Shown in pieces: positions 19,946-29,608 of a DNA stretch of 64,000 nucleotides. Each line of letters begins with the position of its first letter. The stretch's first letter is position 1. The stretch is from a virus. The notes beneath the pieces were generated by a model. It was not told the DNA's origin. It searched no databases and saw nothing but the letters and a program-made list of their open reading frames with translations. The position numbers and the translations under genes are program-made. The stretch is taken from positions 53,955 to 117,954 of IMG/VR virus record IMGVR_UViG_3300021437_000001; one strand, given 5' to 3'.

Positions 19946-21078
19946 AAACCTTCCTCTCGCAGACGCAAGCCCACTGGAAAGCGTGGAACTTTGTTCTTGC
20001 CAGTCAGTCCTTGAAATTGTACTGTAAGAAGTTTTCCCTTGCACAATGTGGGGTCATTCAGAAACTTCTTGGTTTCTTCCTGGTTTCCGGTCATCTTGAC
20101 CTCAAACTCAGTGCCATCTTGCGTCCTGCAAAGAAAAGCACCTAGTAGACCCTTCAATTTTCCCTTCCCCTCAACAACGTCCACTATCTCAAACTCCGCA
20201 TCGTCAAACTCTTTGACTTTTTGGAGGTTGTAGGACCGCTTGTTCTCATACATGCCATCTTTATTACGAAGCATTACACCTTCGTATCCGGCAGTTTTAT
20301 ATTTTTGAAATAGCTCAGACACATCTTCGTTATTATTTACAATAAGTGTCCAAAGAACCTTTAATGGTGGACGCACCACAATAGAATCTAAAAAATTAAT
20401 TCTATGATAGTTTGAGTGTTCGGTGTCAACCATATCATAAATGTGATATTCAATCTGCGCAGATTCAGGACTTGGATTTTCTTTACGAACGGCAGATACG
20501 ATCTTTTCAAAATCAGCCTTTAAAGCATGATTATAAAGCTCGCCATCAAGAATGATATTTGTAATATGTGCAAAATTAAGCGCAATTGCTTGCTCGATAT
20601 GAGGACAACTTGTAATTCTTTTACGAGTTCTTGACCAGAGTGTGACATTTTGACCTTTCTTAATAGCAATACAGCGAATACCGTCTAACTTAGGCTGAGC
20701 CAAGCAAGGAAATTTAATCTTATCTCCGTGCTTTTCATAGACATGTGCCAGCATTGGTTCAACTCCGCCCTCAATCAAATCATCGACTTCTCCGGCATTA
20801 GCTGATTCCAAGGATTCAACATAGCCTCGTTTTTTCTTCTTTTCCCATTTAGATTTGGCCTCATTTAAGGCTTGCTGCAATACGGTAGTCTCATTCTTTT
20901 TACCTACATTTTTACCTTCTGAAATCACATCAAAGGTACTTTGTAGCTTTCCGCCTGTCTCTCCATATACGGAAAATACCCTACATGTGCCATTTTCCAT
21001 GACTTCAACTTCGACTCCCCATTGCTCAATCTTACCTTGCGAAGACTTTTTATAAAGAATTGGAAAATTTGTAGTCAT
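19942..21078 (-). CDS. ATP-dependent DNA ligase with N-terminal WGR-like domain
   Basis: PMLAH, QPKLDGIRC, LDGELY, YEGVMLR, LQKVK, RFP. Confidence 0.92.
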   Translation of the reverse strand: MTTNFPILYKKSSQGKIEQWGVEVEVMENGTCRVFSVYGETGGKLQSTFDVISEGKNVGKKNETTVLQQALNEAKSKWEKKKKRGYVESLESANAGEVDDLIEGGVEPMLAHVYEKHGDKIKFPCLAQPKLDGIRCIAIKKGQNVTLWSRTRKRITSCPHIEQAIALNFAHITNIILDGELYNHALKADFEKIVSAVRKENPSPESAQIEYHIYDMVDTEHSNYHRINFLDSIVVRPPLKVLWTLIVNNNEDVSELFQKYKTAGYEGVMLRNKDGMYENKRSYNLQKVKEFDDAEFEIVDVVEGKGKLKGLLGAFLCRTQDGTEFEVKMTGNQEETKKFLNDPTLCKGKLLTVQFQGLTGKNKVPRFPVGLRLREEGL

Positions 21079-21080
21079 AT

Positions 21081-21323
21081 TTACTCCTCAAATCTAACTT
21101 CATGTTCACGGTCAAAGTAAGATTCCTTGCCGCAAGTATCACATTTATAATTGTGCATCCATACCCAGTCGTCCTCTAAATACTCAATTTCATCCACCAC
21201 ATCTTGATGGACAAATCCAACACAGCCAGGCTCGTCACATTTAGTAGGACCTGAACAACAACAGACTTTACAATTTCCACCTTTTACATGAGGAGGAAAC
21301 ATTCGGTCTTTTAGGGAGTCCAT
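21081..21323 (-). CDS. Small Cys-rich protein
   Basis: Several Cys pairs. Confidence 0.5.
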   Translation of the reverse strand: MDSLKDRMFPPHVKGGNCKVCCCSGPTKCDEPGCVGFVHQDVVDEIEYLEDDWVWMHNYKCDTCGKESYFDREHEVRFEE

Positions 21324-21751
21324 ATCCTTATCTCCTTATCCTTAAACTCTTCCACTATGGCGAGAGTTTTATCCCAAGGCACTCTAAACAATCCAGAGTT
21401 AATCTTAGGCATGTTTACAACATCAGTATCAGATACTTGATTGAATAAGTCAACTAAAGATTTACGAGTATTGTCGAGAATCTCATCTTGATACAGGGCA
21501 CGTTTACCGAAGCCTGTAGAAGTGAATAGACAGCCAACTCGATGCCATTTGCCATTCAAAATGAGACATGAGCCTAGAAGAGCGTTGCCTTTTAATTGGC
21601 AATGGGCTTGATAAGCTTTGTAGTAGCTAGGGTAAAGACGATTGAAAGTGGCGGCAATGCCAGCACCCCAAGCACCCTCGGTGTTACAGGCGTGAACAAG
21701 GAGTGAACCTTTGTCTGCGTCAAAAAGATTACCTTTAACATCTAAGATCAT
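21311..21751 (-). CDS. Macrodomain ADP-ribose hydrolase (Poa1/TARG1/DarG-like)
   Basis: KGNLF, LVHACN..GAWGAGIA, MPKINSGLFRVPW. Confidence 0.85.
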   Translation of the reverse strand: MILDVKGNLFDADKGSLLVHACNTEGAWGAGIAATFNRLYPSYYKAYQAHCQLKGNALLGSCLILNGKWHRVGCLFTSTGFGKRALYQDEILDNTRKSLVDLFNQVSDTDVVNMPKINSGLFRVPWDKTLAIVEEFKDKEIRIWTP

Positions 21752-22401
21752 AAATCAAACTCCCTTACTGGATTTGTAGGCATGTACATTTCATCGCAAA
21801 TGCTTGCATTGATGTATTTGACGCCATTGAAAACAGTCTCTCCGGCAGAGCCGTGAATATGTCCAAAAGCGTGAAGTTTTAACTGCTTTAATTGATTGAT
21901 GCGATCCATTAGATCGTGACAGCCAACTCGCTCTTTCGGAGTGACTCCATCTGTGAAATATACGACATCTAAAATACCTGCTGGAGGACCGTGAGTGATG
22001 AGTATTTGCGTATCGTCAGGAATAACATCCCAATGACGTTTAATTTCTGGTCCTCGACGTCTATTCCATGCCCAGTCATAGAACCAAGGAGTGATGGCCG
22101 AGCCGTGGATTTTTATACCTTCAATATCTACAGTGCCTTCGTCAATAAAGTGGACTCCAGGGCAAGCTTTTTCGGCCAGTTCTTTAGCTTCCGTAAAATT
22201 TTTTTCTACCCAAGTTTCGTGATTTCCTTGAACTGAAATGATGTGCCCCGCTTCTTGCTTATTTAACCATTCATGAAAATCTTTGACCATGTGTCTTTCA
22301 CCACGAAAACTATAGTCTCCGCAACTAATAAGAATATCGCATTCAGGAATTTGTAGTTTATTCCATTTCCCATGAACGTCGGAAATTAAAACTATTTTCA
22401 T
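21748..22401 (-). CDS. Metallophosphoesterase (MPPED/239FB-like)
   Basis: SDVH, CGD, GNHE, ITHGPP, FGHIH. Confidence 0.9.
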   Translation of the reverse strand: MKIVLISDVHGKWNKLQIPECDILISCGDYSFRGERHMVKDFHEWLNKQEAGHIISVQGNHETWVEKNFTEAKELAEKACPGVHFIDEGTVDIEGIKIHGSAITPWFYDWAWNRRRGPEIKRHWDVIPDDTQILITHGPPAGILDVVYFTDGVTPKERVGCHDLMDRINQLKQLKLHAFGHIHGSAGETVFNGVKYINASICDEMYMPTNPVREFDL

Positions 22402-22589
22402 TAGCCACCCACTCTATAGGCGATGATAAGCCACATAAGTAAAGGCACGATTACTACCATAAATGGTACGGTTACTTTGGCCCCAAGATATTTTACTTCT
22501 CTTGAATTGAGCATTACCCAAAGTTGTAAACCAAAAAATAAACACCACAAGATACTAATAACTAAAAGTGTCCAATCAAATGCTCTCAT
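22401..22589 (-). CDS. Small two-TM membrane protein
   Basis: Hydrophobic; SD GGAGG. Confidence 0.5.
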   Translation of the reverse strand: MRAFDWTLLVISILWCLFFGLQLWVMLNSREVKYLGAKVTVPFMVVIVPLLMWLIIAYRVGG

Positions 22590-23170
22590 TTATCCTCCAT
22601 ATTCATAGAACTAAGACTCAAACTTTTAAAACGAAGTTTTATTACACGAACCGGACGTTCGCATAAAAGAAACCCATGCGCTGTCTTGTGTCCTCGCTTA
22701 TCGACATCCACCAAATGCAATTTAAAATCGTCTTGATCTACTATCACCGCAGTGTTCTTATCCACTAAGACAAAATGCCCATCGCTGCCAAACTGTTCAG
22801 CAAATTTAATATCAGCGGCGTACACATCATCTATAGATAACTCTCTATCAACTTCAAGTGCGGCTGGAATAATATCTAGTAAATTTTTAAATTCCTTAAC
22901 TACAAAATGTTCAAGAGCTAATCGTTTAAAACGTTCGTGTTCTTGAGGAAAAACTTCAGAGCTATAAATAGGACTAAAAGTTTTTCTAGATTTTTTAAAT
23001 GTTAGACCCTCTGAACTGACATCTCCTACTGATACGAAATCCATCTCGATAGGGTCATCAAATCTAGTGTAAATCGTGGGATGTTGGACCTTTCCAATAT
23101 GCAAAGTTGCAAATCTGCCCAGACCTATAATAGATAACCTGCCGCTAGGTAAACAAAATTCAAAACTCAT
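22586..23170 (-). CDS. Hypothetical protein
   Basis: Coupled ORF. Confidence 0.55.
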   Translation of the reverse strand: MSFEFCLPSGRLSIIGLGRFATLHIGKVQHPTIYTRFDDPIEMDFVSVGDVSSEGLTFKKSRKTFSPIYSSEVFPQEHERFKRLALEHFVVKEFKNLLDIIPAALEVDRELSIDDVYAADIKFAEQFGSDGHFVLVDKNTAVIVDQDDFKLHLVDVDKRGHKTAHGFLLCERPVRVIKLRFKSLSLSSMNMEDK

Positions 23171-24060
23171 AAAGCCCCCTGTTTAGCTACGCACTCTCTA
23201 GCAAACTTAAACAATTCTCCGCCCAAAGCCTTCTTAACGGCTTTCACTTCATCGGCATCGCCAACAATCTGCCCTTCTGACAACAAATCCGATACATAGT
23301 CAGCACAAATTTGTGGCAAAGATTTAGGATAATCAGTTAAGTAACGCTCGTCTCTAGAGAGTAATTTTTCCATACGAATAGGTTGAAACAGGTGTGCATA
23401 CTTTGTCAAGGCTAAATTTTCCTGTTCTGTCTTAATTGCTTTGGCCTTTTCATCGCCTCGTTTCCAGGCAGTTTCTTCGGCCTCGAATACCTTTTTGAGA
23501 CGGTGTCCCATCGTGTCAATCACTACACCTTCTGGCCGCATAAATCCTGGACATAGCTTAGAGCCATTCGTCTTAAGATCTGTCATCACCTCTTCGATCT
23601 TTTCCAGATTGAAAGGACCTTTATATAGCACAGGCACAACTGTCGTCTGTGGTGGCAATGGACGTTCAGGTGGGTACTTCCAATGATCGAACAATACAAA
23701 AACCTTACTATCAAGACCTTCGCCTGAATTTATACCTAATCCTGCCCATTCTCCAAAATGTTGCCCAACGCCCAGCTTTTGCACAAACTCTTCTTTATGC
23801 TTATCCACAAACGCAGCAAAACCGTAGTTGTCGTCTCCTGGATAAATCCAACGAGTACGGCTTCCGGCTCTAATTAGATACCCTTTACCGTCAATCGTCA
23901 CATTAGGCAACGGCAGTCCTCGCTTTTCGTCTGGAATAGTGTCCGTAGGTAATGGAACTTCGATGATAAATACCTGAGCATTAGTGCCGTGAATCTTCTG
24001 TGTAATACACATTTCTATCTTCTTTAATGCTGTAATTTTTTCAAAAGGTTTAAACTCCAT
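23167..24060 (-). CDS. RNA ligase (Rnl2-like)
   Basis: Motif I TQKIHGTNA, GSRTR, FGEWAG, FVLFD, VPVLY, PEGVV; SD AGGAGG before ATG 24060. Confidence 0.85.
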   Translation of the reverse strand: MEFKPFEKITALKKIEMCITQKIHGTNAQVFIIEVPLPTDTIPDEKRGLPLPNVTIDGKGYLIRAGSRTRWIYPGDDNYGFAAFVDKHKEEFVQKLGVGQHFGEWAGLGINSGEGLDSKVFVLFDHWKYPPERPLPPQTTVVPVLYKGPFNLEKIEEVMTDLKTNGSKLCPGFMRPEGVVIDTMGHRLKKVFEAEETAWKRGDEKAKAIKTEQENLALTKYAHLFQPIRMEKLLSRDERYLTDYPKSLPQICADYVSDLLSEGQIVGDADEVKAVKKALGGELFKFARECVAKQGAL

Positions 24061-24079
24061 GTGTCCTCCTATGTAAAAC

Positions 24080-24152
24080 ATACTATATTGGTCAATTTTA
24101 ATAGTCAAGTGAAAAAGTACGGCTTGACTATTGTTGATCGTTTTGATACTTT
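24080..24152. promoter_or_regulatory. Divergent pair of sigma-70-type promoters
   Basis: Minus: TTGACT-N17-TAGTAT (24108-24080). Plus: TTGACT-N17-TACTTT (24124-24152). Confidence 0.55.
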
Positions 24153-24179
24153 GGTTAAAGAGGAAACGGAGGAAATTTA

Positions 24180-24725
24180 ATGAGCGTACAAGATAAGATC
24201 GCTGAACTTGAACGTCAAGTTGCCCGTAAAAAGGCGCTTGTAAATGCCAAGATCACACTACCTAAAGAAACGCCAGAAGATGTCAAAAAAGAAGTTGCTG
24301 CTCTAATACAAGAGGCTCTTTTGAAATTGGCAGATAATGATGCAGTTTCAAGCGGTGGAAAATTTACTGACGAAGAAGTTACAGTATTGAAATTATTGGC
24401 AAATAGAGCTTTAACAAAGCCCGCTGAAACAAAGAAACCTACGCAACATACCCCAAATGTGGTATCGACGTCGGCTGATTTAGGAGATAAGGCTTTGGGA
24501 AAGATAGATAAAAACCCTGAGCAAAGCGGCGAATACCTAGGTCGTGAAGCTGAAATTATTTCATTGGACGCTGTTCCTGTTCGTCAAAGAGGAAAAGTCT
24601 CTTCGATGGAAAAGTGCAAAGTTATGGAAGTTAGACCTGATGGTCTATTACATATCTTGACTATTGGCGGCGTTCGTTTTAACGTATCACCTGAAGATTT
24701 AAACTTCGACATTGGGTCGAACTAA
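24180..24725 (+). CDS. Hypothetical protein (C-terminal SH3-like beta domain)
   Basis: SD GGAGG; first gene of the plus-strand island. Confidence 0.6.
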   Translation: MSVQDKIAELERQVARKKALVNAKITLPKETPEDVKKEVAALIQEALLKLADNDAVSSGGKFTDEEVTVLKLLANRALTKPAETKKPTQHTPNVVSTSADLGDKALGKIDKNPEQSGEYLGREAEIISLDAVPVRQRGKVSSMEKCKVMEVRPDGLLHILTIGGVRFNVSPEDLNFDIGSN

Positions 24726-24740
24726 TAAAGGAGAAAGAAA

Positions 24741-25310
24741 ATGGCTGGCGGATTCAACAAAAATAAGAAGCAAATGACTAAGCGTGAGATGCAAGAGCAA
24801 GTGGGAACTCAAGCTAATAACGCTGTTCAAATGGTACAAGGATTGGCGATGGTTGTTAATCAACAAATTCGCAATCTTAAACTAGAGACCTCAAACCTTG
24901 CCGCAATGTCAATCATGCGAGAAGACGGTGGTGAAATTGGCAAATCCTCAATTGCTTATATCGACTTCGTAGGAACACTTGATGGCGAAGCTTTCGAAGG
25001 CGGAGAAGGTATTGGGGTGTTCGTTGATATGGAAGTTCATCAATTTCTATCTGATTTTCAATCAGCACTTGCTGGTATGAAAGCTGGAGAAACTAAGATC
25101 TTTGACGTAAAATTTCCTGAGAATTATCAGGCTAAAGAACTTGCGGCTAAAACTGCACAGTTTGAAGTCTGTGTTCGTAAAGTTTTGAATGAGATTCCGT
25201 CTCCTGTCGCTCTAAAGGCGCTAGAGATTCAAAAGGCTCGTGCCGCTAAAAAGGCTGCTGAGCAACAAGCTGCACAAACACAGGAGCAATCCGCTACTGT
25301 TGAAGGATAA
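24741..25310 (+). CDS. Trigger-factor-type FKBP PPIase domain protein
   Basis: IDFVGTLDGEAFEGG...F...LAGMKAGETK.FDVKFPENYQAKELAAKTAQFEV. Confidence 0.85.
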   Translation: MAGGFNKNKKQMTKREMQEQVGTQANNAVQMVQGLAMVVNQQIRNLKLETSNLAAMSIMREDGGEIGKSSIAYIDFVGTLDGEAFEGGEGIGVFVDMEVHQFLSDFQSALAGMKAGETKIFDVKFPENYQAKELAAKTAQFEVCVRKVLNEIPSPVALKALEIQKARAAKKAAEQQAAQTQEQSATVEG

Positions 25311-25313
25311 CTT

Positions 25314-25904
25314 ATGTCGAGTCGAGTAAAAAAAATAAGCTCGGCTCGCTCTAAGGATTCAACGCACTACGAGAATTTATTCGAGTATAACGTTAACTTC
25401 AAAGAACGAGTCGTATATTTGAACGATGAGATTAGTGTCGGTTCTTTAGAACTTATACAAAAAGCATTTGACGAATTTGATACTGCACCTGAAAAACCAG
25501 TCCGCATTGAGATTTCATCTTATGGTGGCTCTGTGTATGACATGTTCGGTATCATTGATAGAATCAAGGCTTCACCTTGTACTGTCATCACTAGAGGTTT
25601 CGGCAAAATCATGTCCGCAGCTACTTTTATTTTAGCTGCTGGAGATGAACGTTATATCGGCAATCATTCTTGGGTCATGATCCATGAGATGAGTGACGTT
25701 GTGAAAGGTAAAATGGCCGATCTTGAAAATGACATGAAACACAATGCCAATTTGCAAAAGCAAATGTACAGCATGTATGAGAAACTTTCCGGTGGGAAAA
25801 TTTCAGCGAAAACATGGGCAAAACTTTGTTCTAAAGACCACTACATATCAGCATCAGAAGTTTTAGAACTAGGGTTGGTGGATCATGTCACAGAAGAAGC
25901 GTAA
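25314..25904 (+). CDS. ClpP-like protease subunit
   Basis: ERVVYL, ISSYGGSV, MSAATFILAAG, VMIHE, DHYISASE.LELGLVD. Confidence 0.88.
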   Translation: MSSRVKKISSARSKDSTHYENLFEYNVNFKERVVYLNDEISVGSLELIQKAFDEFDTAPEKPVRIEISSYGGSVYDMFGIIDRIKASPCTVITRGFGKIMSAATFILAAGDERYIGNHSWVMIHEMSDVVKGKMADLENDMKHNANLQKQMYSMYEKLSGGKISAKTWAKLCSKDHYISASEVLELGLVDHVTEEA

Positions 25905-26130
25905 AAAGAATGTAGTAGTAGATTCTAAAGAGTTTCTTGCTGGCATTCAAGCATTGACTATATACTACGAGCGTAAAGTGCAAGAATATACGCAAGTAAA
26001 AATGCAGTTAAATGATGAGCGCATCAACGAATCAATGCTAGAAGATCTAGAAATTTTAGGAGATGTTTTAAACCACCTTACGACATTGGTGGGTGATCAA
26101 TTAAAAAACGAAGGCGATAGTCTAAATTGA
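25885..26130 (+). CDS. Hypothetical protein
   Basis: Coupled ORF. Confidence 0.5.
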   Translation: MSQKKRKKNVVVDSKEFLAGIQALTIYYERKVQEYTQVKMQLNDERINESMLEDLEILGDVLNHLTTLVGDQLKNEGDSLN

Positions 26131-26136
26131 GGTTGT

Positions 26137-26892
26137 ATGAGCGATAAAATATATAAAGTAAGTTTAAGTGTGTGCGTGATTGGTATCTTGGCTGGTGTAG
26201 GTCTTTTAGCTAAAGGGTTACATGGTAAAGCTAAAAAATATAGAGCGCAAGCTGCTATAGAAAAACAAAAAGCTATGATCGAAAATCTAAAAGACAACAC
26301 ACTCTATATTGTCACATGCGACGCTGCGAAAAGATGTTTTACTGGTACTGGTTTTGTAATTAAGTCTGACAATCAAGGTTCATGGATTTTGACTAATAAG
26401 CACGTTTGCAACCATAGCAGACTTTCAAGTAAAGATGCTGCTAAGAGTGGAAATATACATCAGTATTTACCAATAGGACTTGAAAGTCGTAAATTGGCTC
26501 GTACAGGTGGAGTTATAACTAAGGTAGGAGATAACACTGATCTGTGTTTGATTAGATCAGAAGAACGTTTCCCTCATCCTTTAAAGCTTGCGAAAGAAGC
26601 AATTCCACAAGAGAAAATGTTTACTTTCGGTTTTCCAAATAGTCAACCAGAAGTAAACGAAGGAATTTATTTGCGCACAGAAGGTATTCCCCTCGCTTTT
26701 AATTCAGTCAGTTCTGCAAAAATATGGTTCGGTGCCAGTGGTTCTGCTGCTGTGAATAGTAAAGGTGAAGTGATTGGTGTTATGGCCGCCATTCGTCAAA
26801 TACCTAACAAAGATCCTAAAGATAGAAAAAATGTATCTGAAAGTTTATTTATACCTCTCGAAACAGTTCGAGAGTTTATTGGAGGAATTTAA
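26137..26892 (+). CDS. Membrane-anchored trypsin-like serine protease
   Basis: GTGF, LTNKHV (His), TDLCLI (Asp), GASGS (Ser), GEVIGV; N-terminal TM. Confidence 0.85.
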   Translation: MSDKIYKVSLSVCVIGILAGVGLLAKGLHGKAKKYRAQAAIEKQKAMIENLKDNTLYIVTCDAAKRCFTGTGFVIKSDNQGSWILTNKHVCNHSRLSSKDAAKSGNIHQYLPIGLESRKLARTGGVITKVGDNTDLCLIRSEERFPHPLKLAKEAIPQEKMFTFGFPNSQPEVNEGIYLRTEGIPLAFNSVSSAKIWFGASGSAAVNSKGEVIGVMAAIRQIPNKDPKDRKNVSESLFIPLETVREFIGGI

Positions 26893-26893
26893 T

Positions 26894-27250
26894 ATGATCA
26901 CTGCAAAAGTACAGTACGCTTTAACGCTGCTGAGAGACGTCCGAGATAAGGCAGATGGTCGTCCTATAAAACTAAAAGATGTGTCTAAGGCTCATCAATT
27001 AGATTTAAACTTCTTAGAACAAGTCGCACGATCCTTGCGTATTGCAGGAGTTTTGCGCTCTGTTCGAGGACCTGGAGGCGGTTACGTTTCTGGTCGAGAA
27101 CTATCAGGCATGAATCTGCTTGAAGTTATGGACGCCGTTGACGCAGCTAAGCAATTAAAGCATGCAACGCCTTCTGAAGGACCAATGCAGCTTAATCAAG
27201 CTGTCCATGCCGAACTAATGAAAGTAATCTCAACTATTCCGGTGTTGTAA
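26894..27250 (+). CDS. Rrf2-family winged-helix regulator (no Fe-S cysteines)
   Basis: YAL, FLEQV..L..AG.L.SVRGPGGGY, LLEVMDAVD. Confidence 0.88.
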   Translation: MITAKVQYALTLLRDVRDKADGRPIKLKDVSKAHQLDLNFLEQVARSLRIAGVLRSVRGPGGGYVSGRELSGMNLLEVMDAVDAAKQLKHATPSEGPMQLNQAVHAELMKVISTIPVL

Positions 27251-27251
27251 G

Positions 27252-27473
27252 ATGAGAGTCTTATCTGAAAGAGAAAGACTATTGGTTGAGCTAGTTCATT
27301 TACTTTCTTACGGAGATAAGATTGATTTCGGACTGACTCTAGAAGAAGTTCAAACTTATCTAGAAAAGCCGATACCTCGTAAGAAAAACAGAAACGCCCT
27401 TCAATGTCTTGATGCCGATGGAGAACGTTTTCTGCAACAATTAAAAGATCATTTAGCTGAACGTAAACGCTGA
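27252..27473 (+). CDS. Hypothetical protein
   Basis: Last ORF of the plus-strand island. Confidence 0.45.
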   Translation: MRVLSERERLLVELVHLLSYGDKIDFGLTLEEVQTYLEKPIPRKKNRNALQCLDADGERFLQQLKDHLAERKR

Positions 27474-28177
27474 CAAGCCGCTTGCAATAGCTCATGCGTA
27501 TAGATTGCAGTGGCTTGAGAACTTCCGCTCATACTGGCTTTTCCTGAGCGTTTATCAAAAGAAATAATGTGCTCTCCCTCTCTCCAAATCATTCCTGGTA
27601 GGCCAAAATTTGAACTAGGACTTCTTTGTTTTTCATTGACGCCATTACCTACCACTCGCATATTAGGTAGGTTTAAAGATGCAGGATAATAAGGCTCTTT
27701 GCTAATGTCCCATGCGGCCTTTTTAATTCTGCCGACTGTGTCTAATTCATAATTACCCGAGGCCACGACAATAATACCAGAGTAGGCTTTTACAGCTTTA
27801 GTCTCTTCTTTAATTTCCTCTCTGCCACCACCAGAAAAATTAACTATCTCTACGCCTAGGGTTTTTGCAAGTTCAAAACATTCAGCCGTTGAATGTGTTG
27901 CTGGATTGAAGAATTTGCATGAAATTATTTCGACTTCAGGGCACACTTTATCCGAAAGTTTTGGACCGAACAATATCAGTCCAGTGATGTGCGTGCCGTG
28001 TCCGTGTCTGTCTATTAAGTCAGAATCCGAGTTATGTTTAGATAAGAACGGCTGCAATTCGTCAATCTGACTGATGCCTGTATCTATTACCATTACTCGT
28101 ATCGAGTGTAGATTGGGTTCGCTTGCGCAAACCCCACCCATCAAAAAAGCTATTGAAAATAAAAATAGTTTTCTCAC
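27449..28177 (-). CDS. Secreted subtilisin-like S8 peptidase
   Basis: VIDTGI (Asp), HGHGTHI (His), ASGN, MSGSSQAT (Ser); signal peptide. Confidence 0.88.
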   Translation of the reverse strand: MRKLFLFSIAFLMGGVCASEPNLHSIRVMVIDTGISQIDELQPFLSKHNSDSDLIDRHGHGTHITGLILFGPKLSDKVCPEVEIISCKFFNPATHSTAECFELAKTLGVEIVNFSGGGREEIKEETKAVKAYSGIIVVASGNYELDTVGRIKKAAWDISKEPYYPASLNLPNMRVVGNGVNEKQRSPSSNFGLPGMIWREGEHIISFDKRSGKASMSGSSQATAIYTHELLQAACQRLRSAK

Positions 28178-28185
28178 AAAAAATC

Positions 28186-28623
28186 CTAATCTTTATCAGA
28201 ATGCTCTTTGTCATCCGAAGATTTAAGCATCATACACAAAACACTTCGTTGAAAGTTAAGGTCAATTCCAGCCTCATAAGTTCCATTGTTATTAATATCT
28301 GTAAAGCTATCAATAACAACTCCACCATTAGGGCAAAGTGAACTTGGGGCAAGATATTGTTTGATCACTGCATTAGCACCATGCGGTCCAGTGTCGCCTT
28401 TAGGACCTACGCTGCCCGTTGCACCGTTATAACCGTTCATGCCGTTAAGACCACGAGGGCCGACTGGACCAGTAGCACCTGTCAATCCAGTATCTCCTTT
28501 GTCTCCCTTATCACCTTTAAGTCCTTGCTTCCCTTGTACGGTTTTGACTTCGGAATAACCGTCATTACACCCTGAAAGTCCAATTGCAATTGCGATAAAA
28601 AACAACATCACTGCCAATTTCAT
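28186..28623 (-). CDS. Collagen-like lipoprotein
   Basis: Lipobox LSGC; run of Gly-X-Y triplets; CPNGG. Confidence 0.8.
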   Translation of the reverse strand: MKLAVMLFFIAIAIGLSGCNDGYSEVKTVQGKQGLKGDKGDKGDTGLTGATGPVGPRGLNGMNGYNGATGSVGPKGDTGPHGANAVIKQYLAPSSLCPNGGVVIDSFTDINNNGTYEAGIDLNFQRSVLCMMLKSSDDKEHSDKD

Positions 28624-28636
28624 AAAATCTCCTTTG

Positions 28637-29557
28637 TTAGATAAGATTTGCATCGGTTAAAACTTCACGAATAGTCTCTTCGTCCTCGTAAGAGTCTTCT
28701 GAGACTCGCATTACGAGATTGTCACCTTCGTATTGATCATGCAGCGCCGCAAGATCTAGAATATCTTGGCGAGTAACTTCATCAATTGAATACTCTTCCT
28801 CGTCTAATTCAGTTTCATAGTCCTCATCAGTAAATTGATTCTCACGACCATATACTGTTTGATTCTCAATGGGCTTTTCACAAACTTGCAACACTTCAAA
28901 CTTACAAATACGCATCTTTTCACCGTTGTAGTCGATAGGTACTGCAACGACATCTTTAGGATTGATCTTTACTTCGACACGAGTCCCAGACCAATTAGAG
29001 GCATAGTTCCACGCTGCGGCATGCAATCCTGCCGAACACGTTCTAGTAGGGTCATCATCCACTTGCTCTCTAGGCATTTCACAAATAGCTCCTGGACTAT
29101 TGTCAAACTTTCCGGTGTGCTTGTCTTTAAAGTCCTCAGTCACGCCACGGTAGGCAATAAAACAACCGTCGTCAGTAAAAGGGTGTCCATTATGTTCAAG
29201 GAATTTAAACAATTGCTCTCGGGAACGGTAACTTGGATTCTGTTTGAGATTCTCCCAAAACTTAAGCAAGTAAGCAAATGGAATTCCTTCACGTTTAAAC
29301 TCTAAAATGCGGGCATTTAGTTCAGTTGGTAAAGCCTCACCTGTCGAAGTGATAACTTGACCGTCTACAATTCGCAAACCGTCTTTGGCAAATTGTGCAG
29401 AGATGTCAACGAGTTCGGGAATTTCTGCGATTCGCCCTTCTTTAATTGCCAAGATAACTTTACCAAAACGGTCGTCACCTCGAGCGATAGCCAGTGTTTT
29501 ACCGTCAAAATTTACAGTCACGCTGTTTTGTGTGATGTGATAATTTATTTTTCCCAT
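28637..29557 (-). CDS. rIIB: rIIB-like protein
   Basis: FWENL.QNPS, QLFKFL, TDDGCFIAYRGV, MPREQVDDDP...CSAGLH, VKINPKDVVAVP.DY...KMR.C. Confidence 0.88.
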   Translation of the reverse strand: MGKINYHITQNSVTVNFDGKTLAIARGDDRFGKVILAIKEGRIAEIPELVDISAQFAKDGLRIVDGQVITSTGEALPTELNARILEFKREGIPFAYLLKFWENLKQNPSYRSREQLFKFLEHNGHPFTDDGCFIAYRGVTEDFKDKHTGKFDNSPGAICEMPREQVDDDPTRTCSAGLHAAAWNYASNWSGTRVEVKINPKDVVAVPIDYNGEKMRICKFEVLQVCEKPIENQTVYGRENQFTDEDYETELDEEEYSIDEVTRQDILDLAALHDQYEGDNLVMRVSEDSYEDEETIREVLTDANLI

Positions 29558-29579
29558 ACTTATCTCCTTTGTTACTTCT

Positions 29580-29608
29580 CTTATCGGTATAATTTTTTAA
29601 AACTTTAG
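29580..29608 (-). promoter_or_regulatory. Sigma-28 (FliA)-type promoter for rIIB
   Basis: TAAAGTTT-N11-ACCGATAA. Confidence 0.85.
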
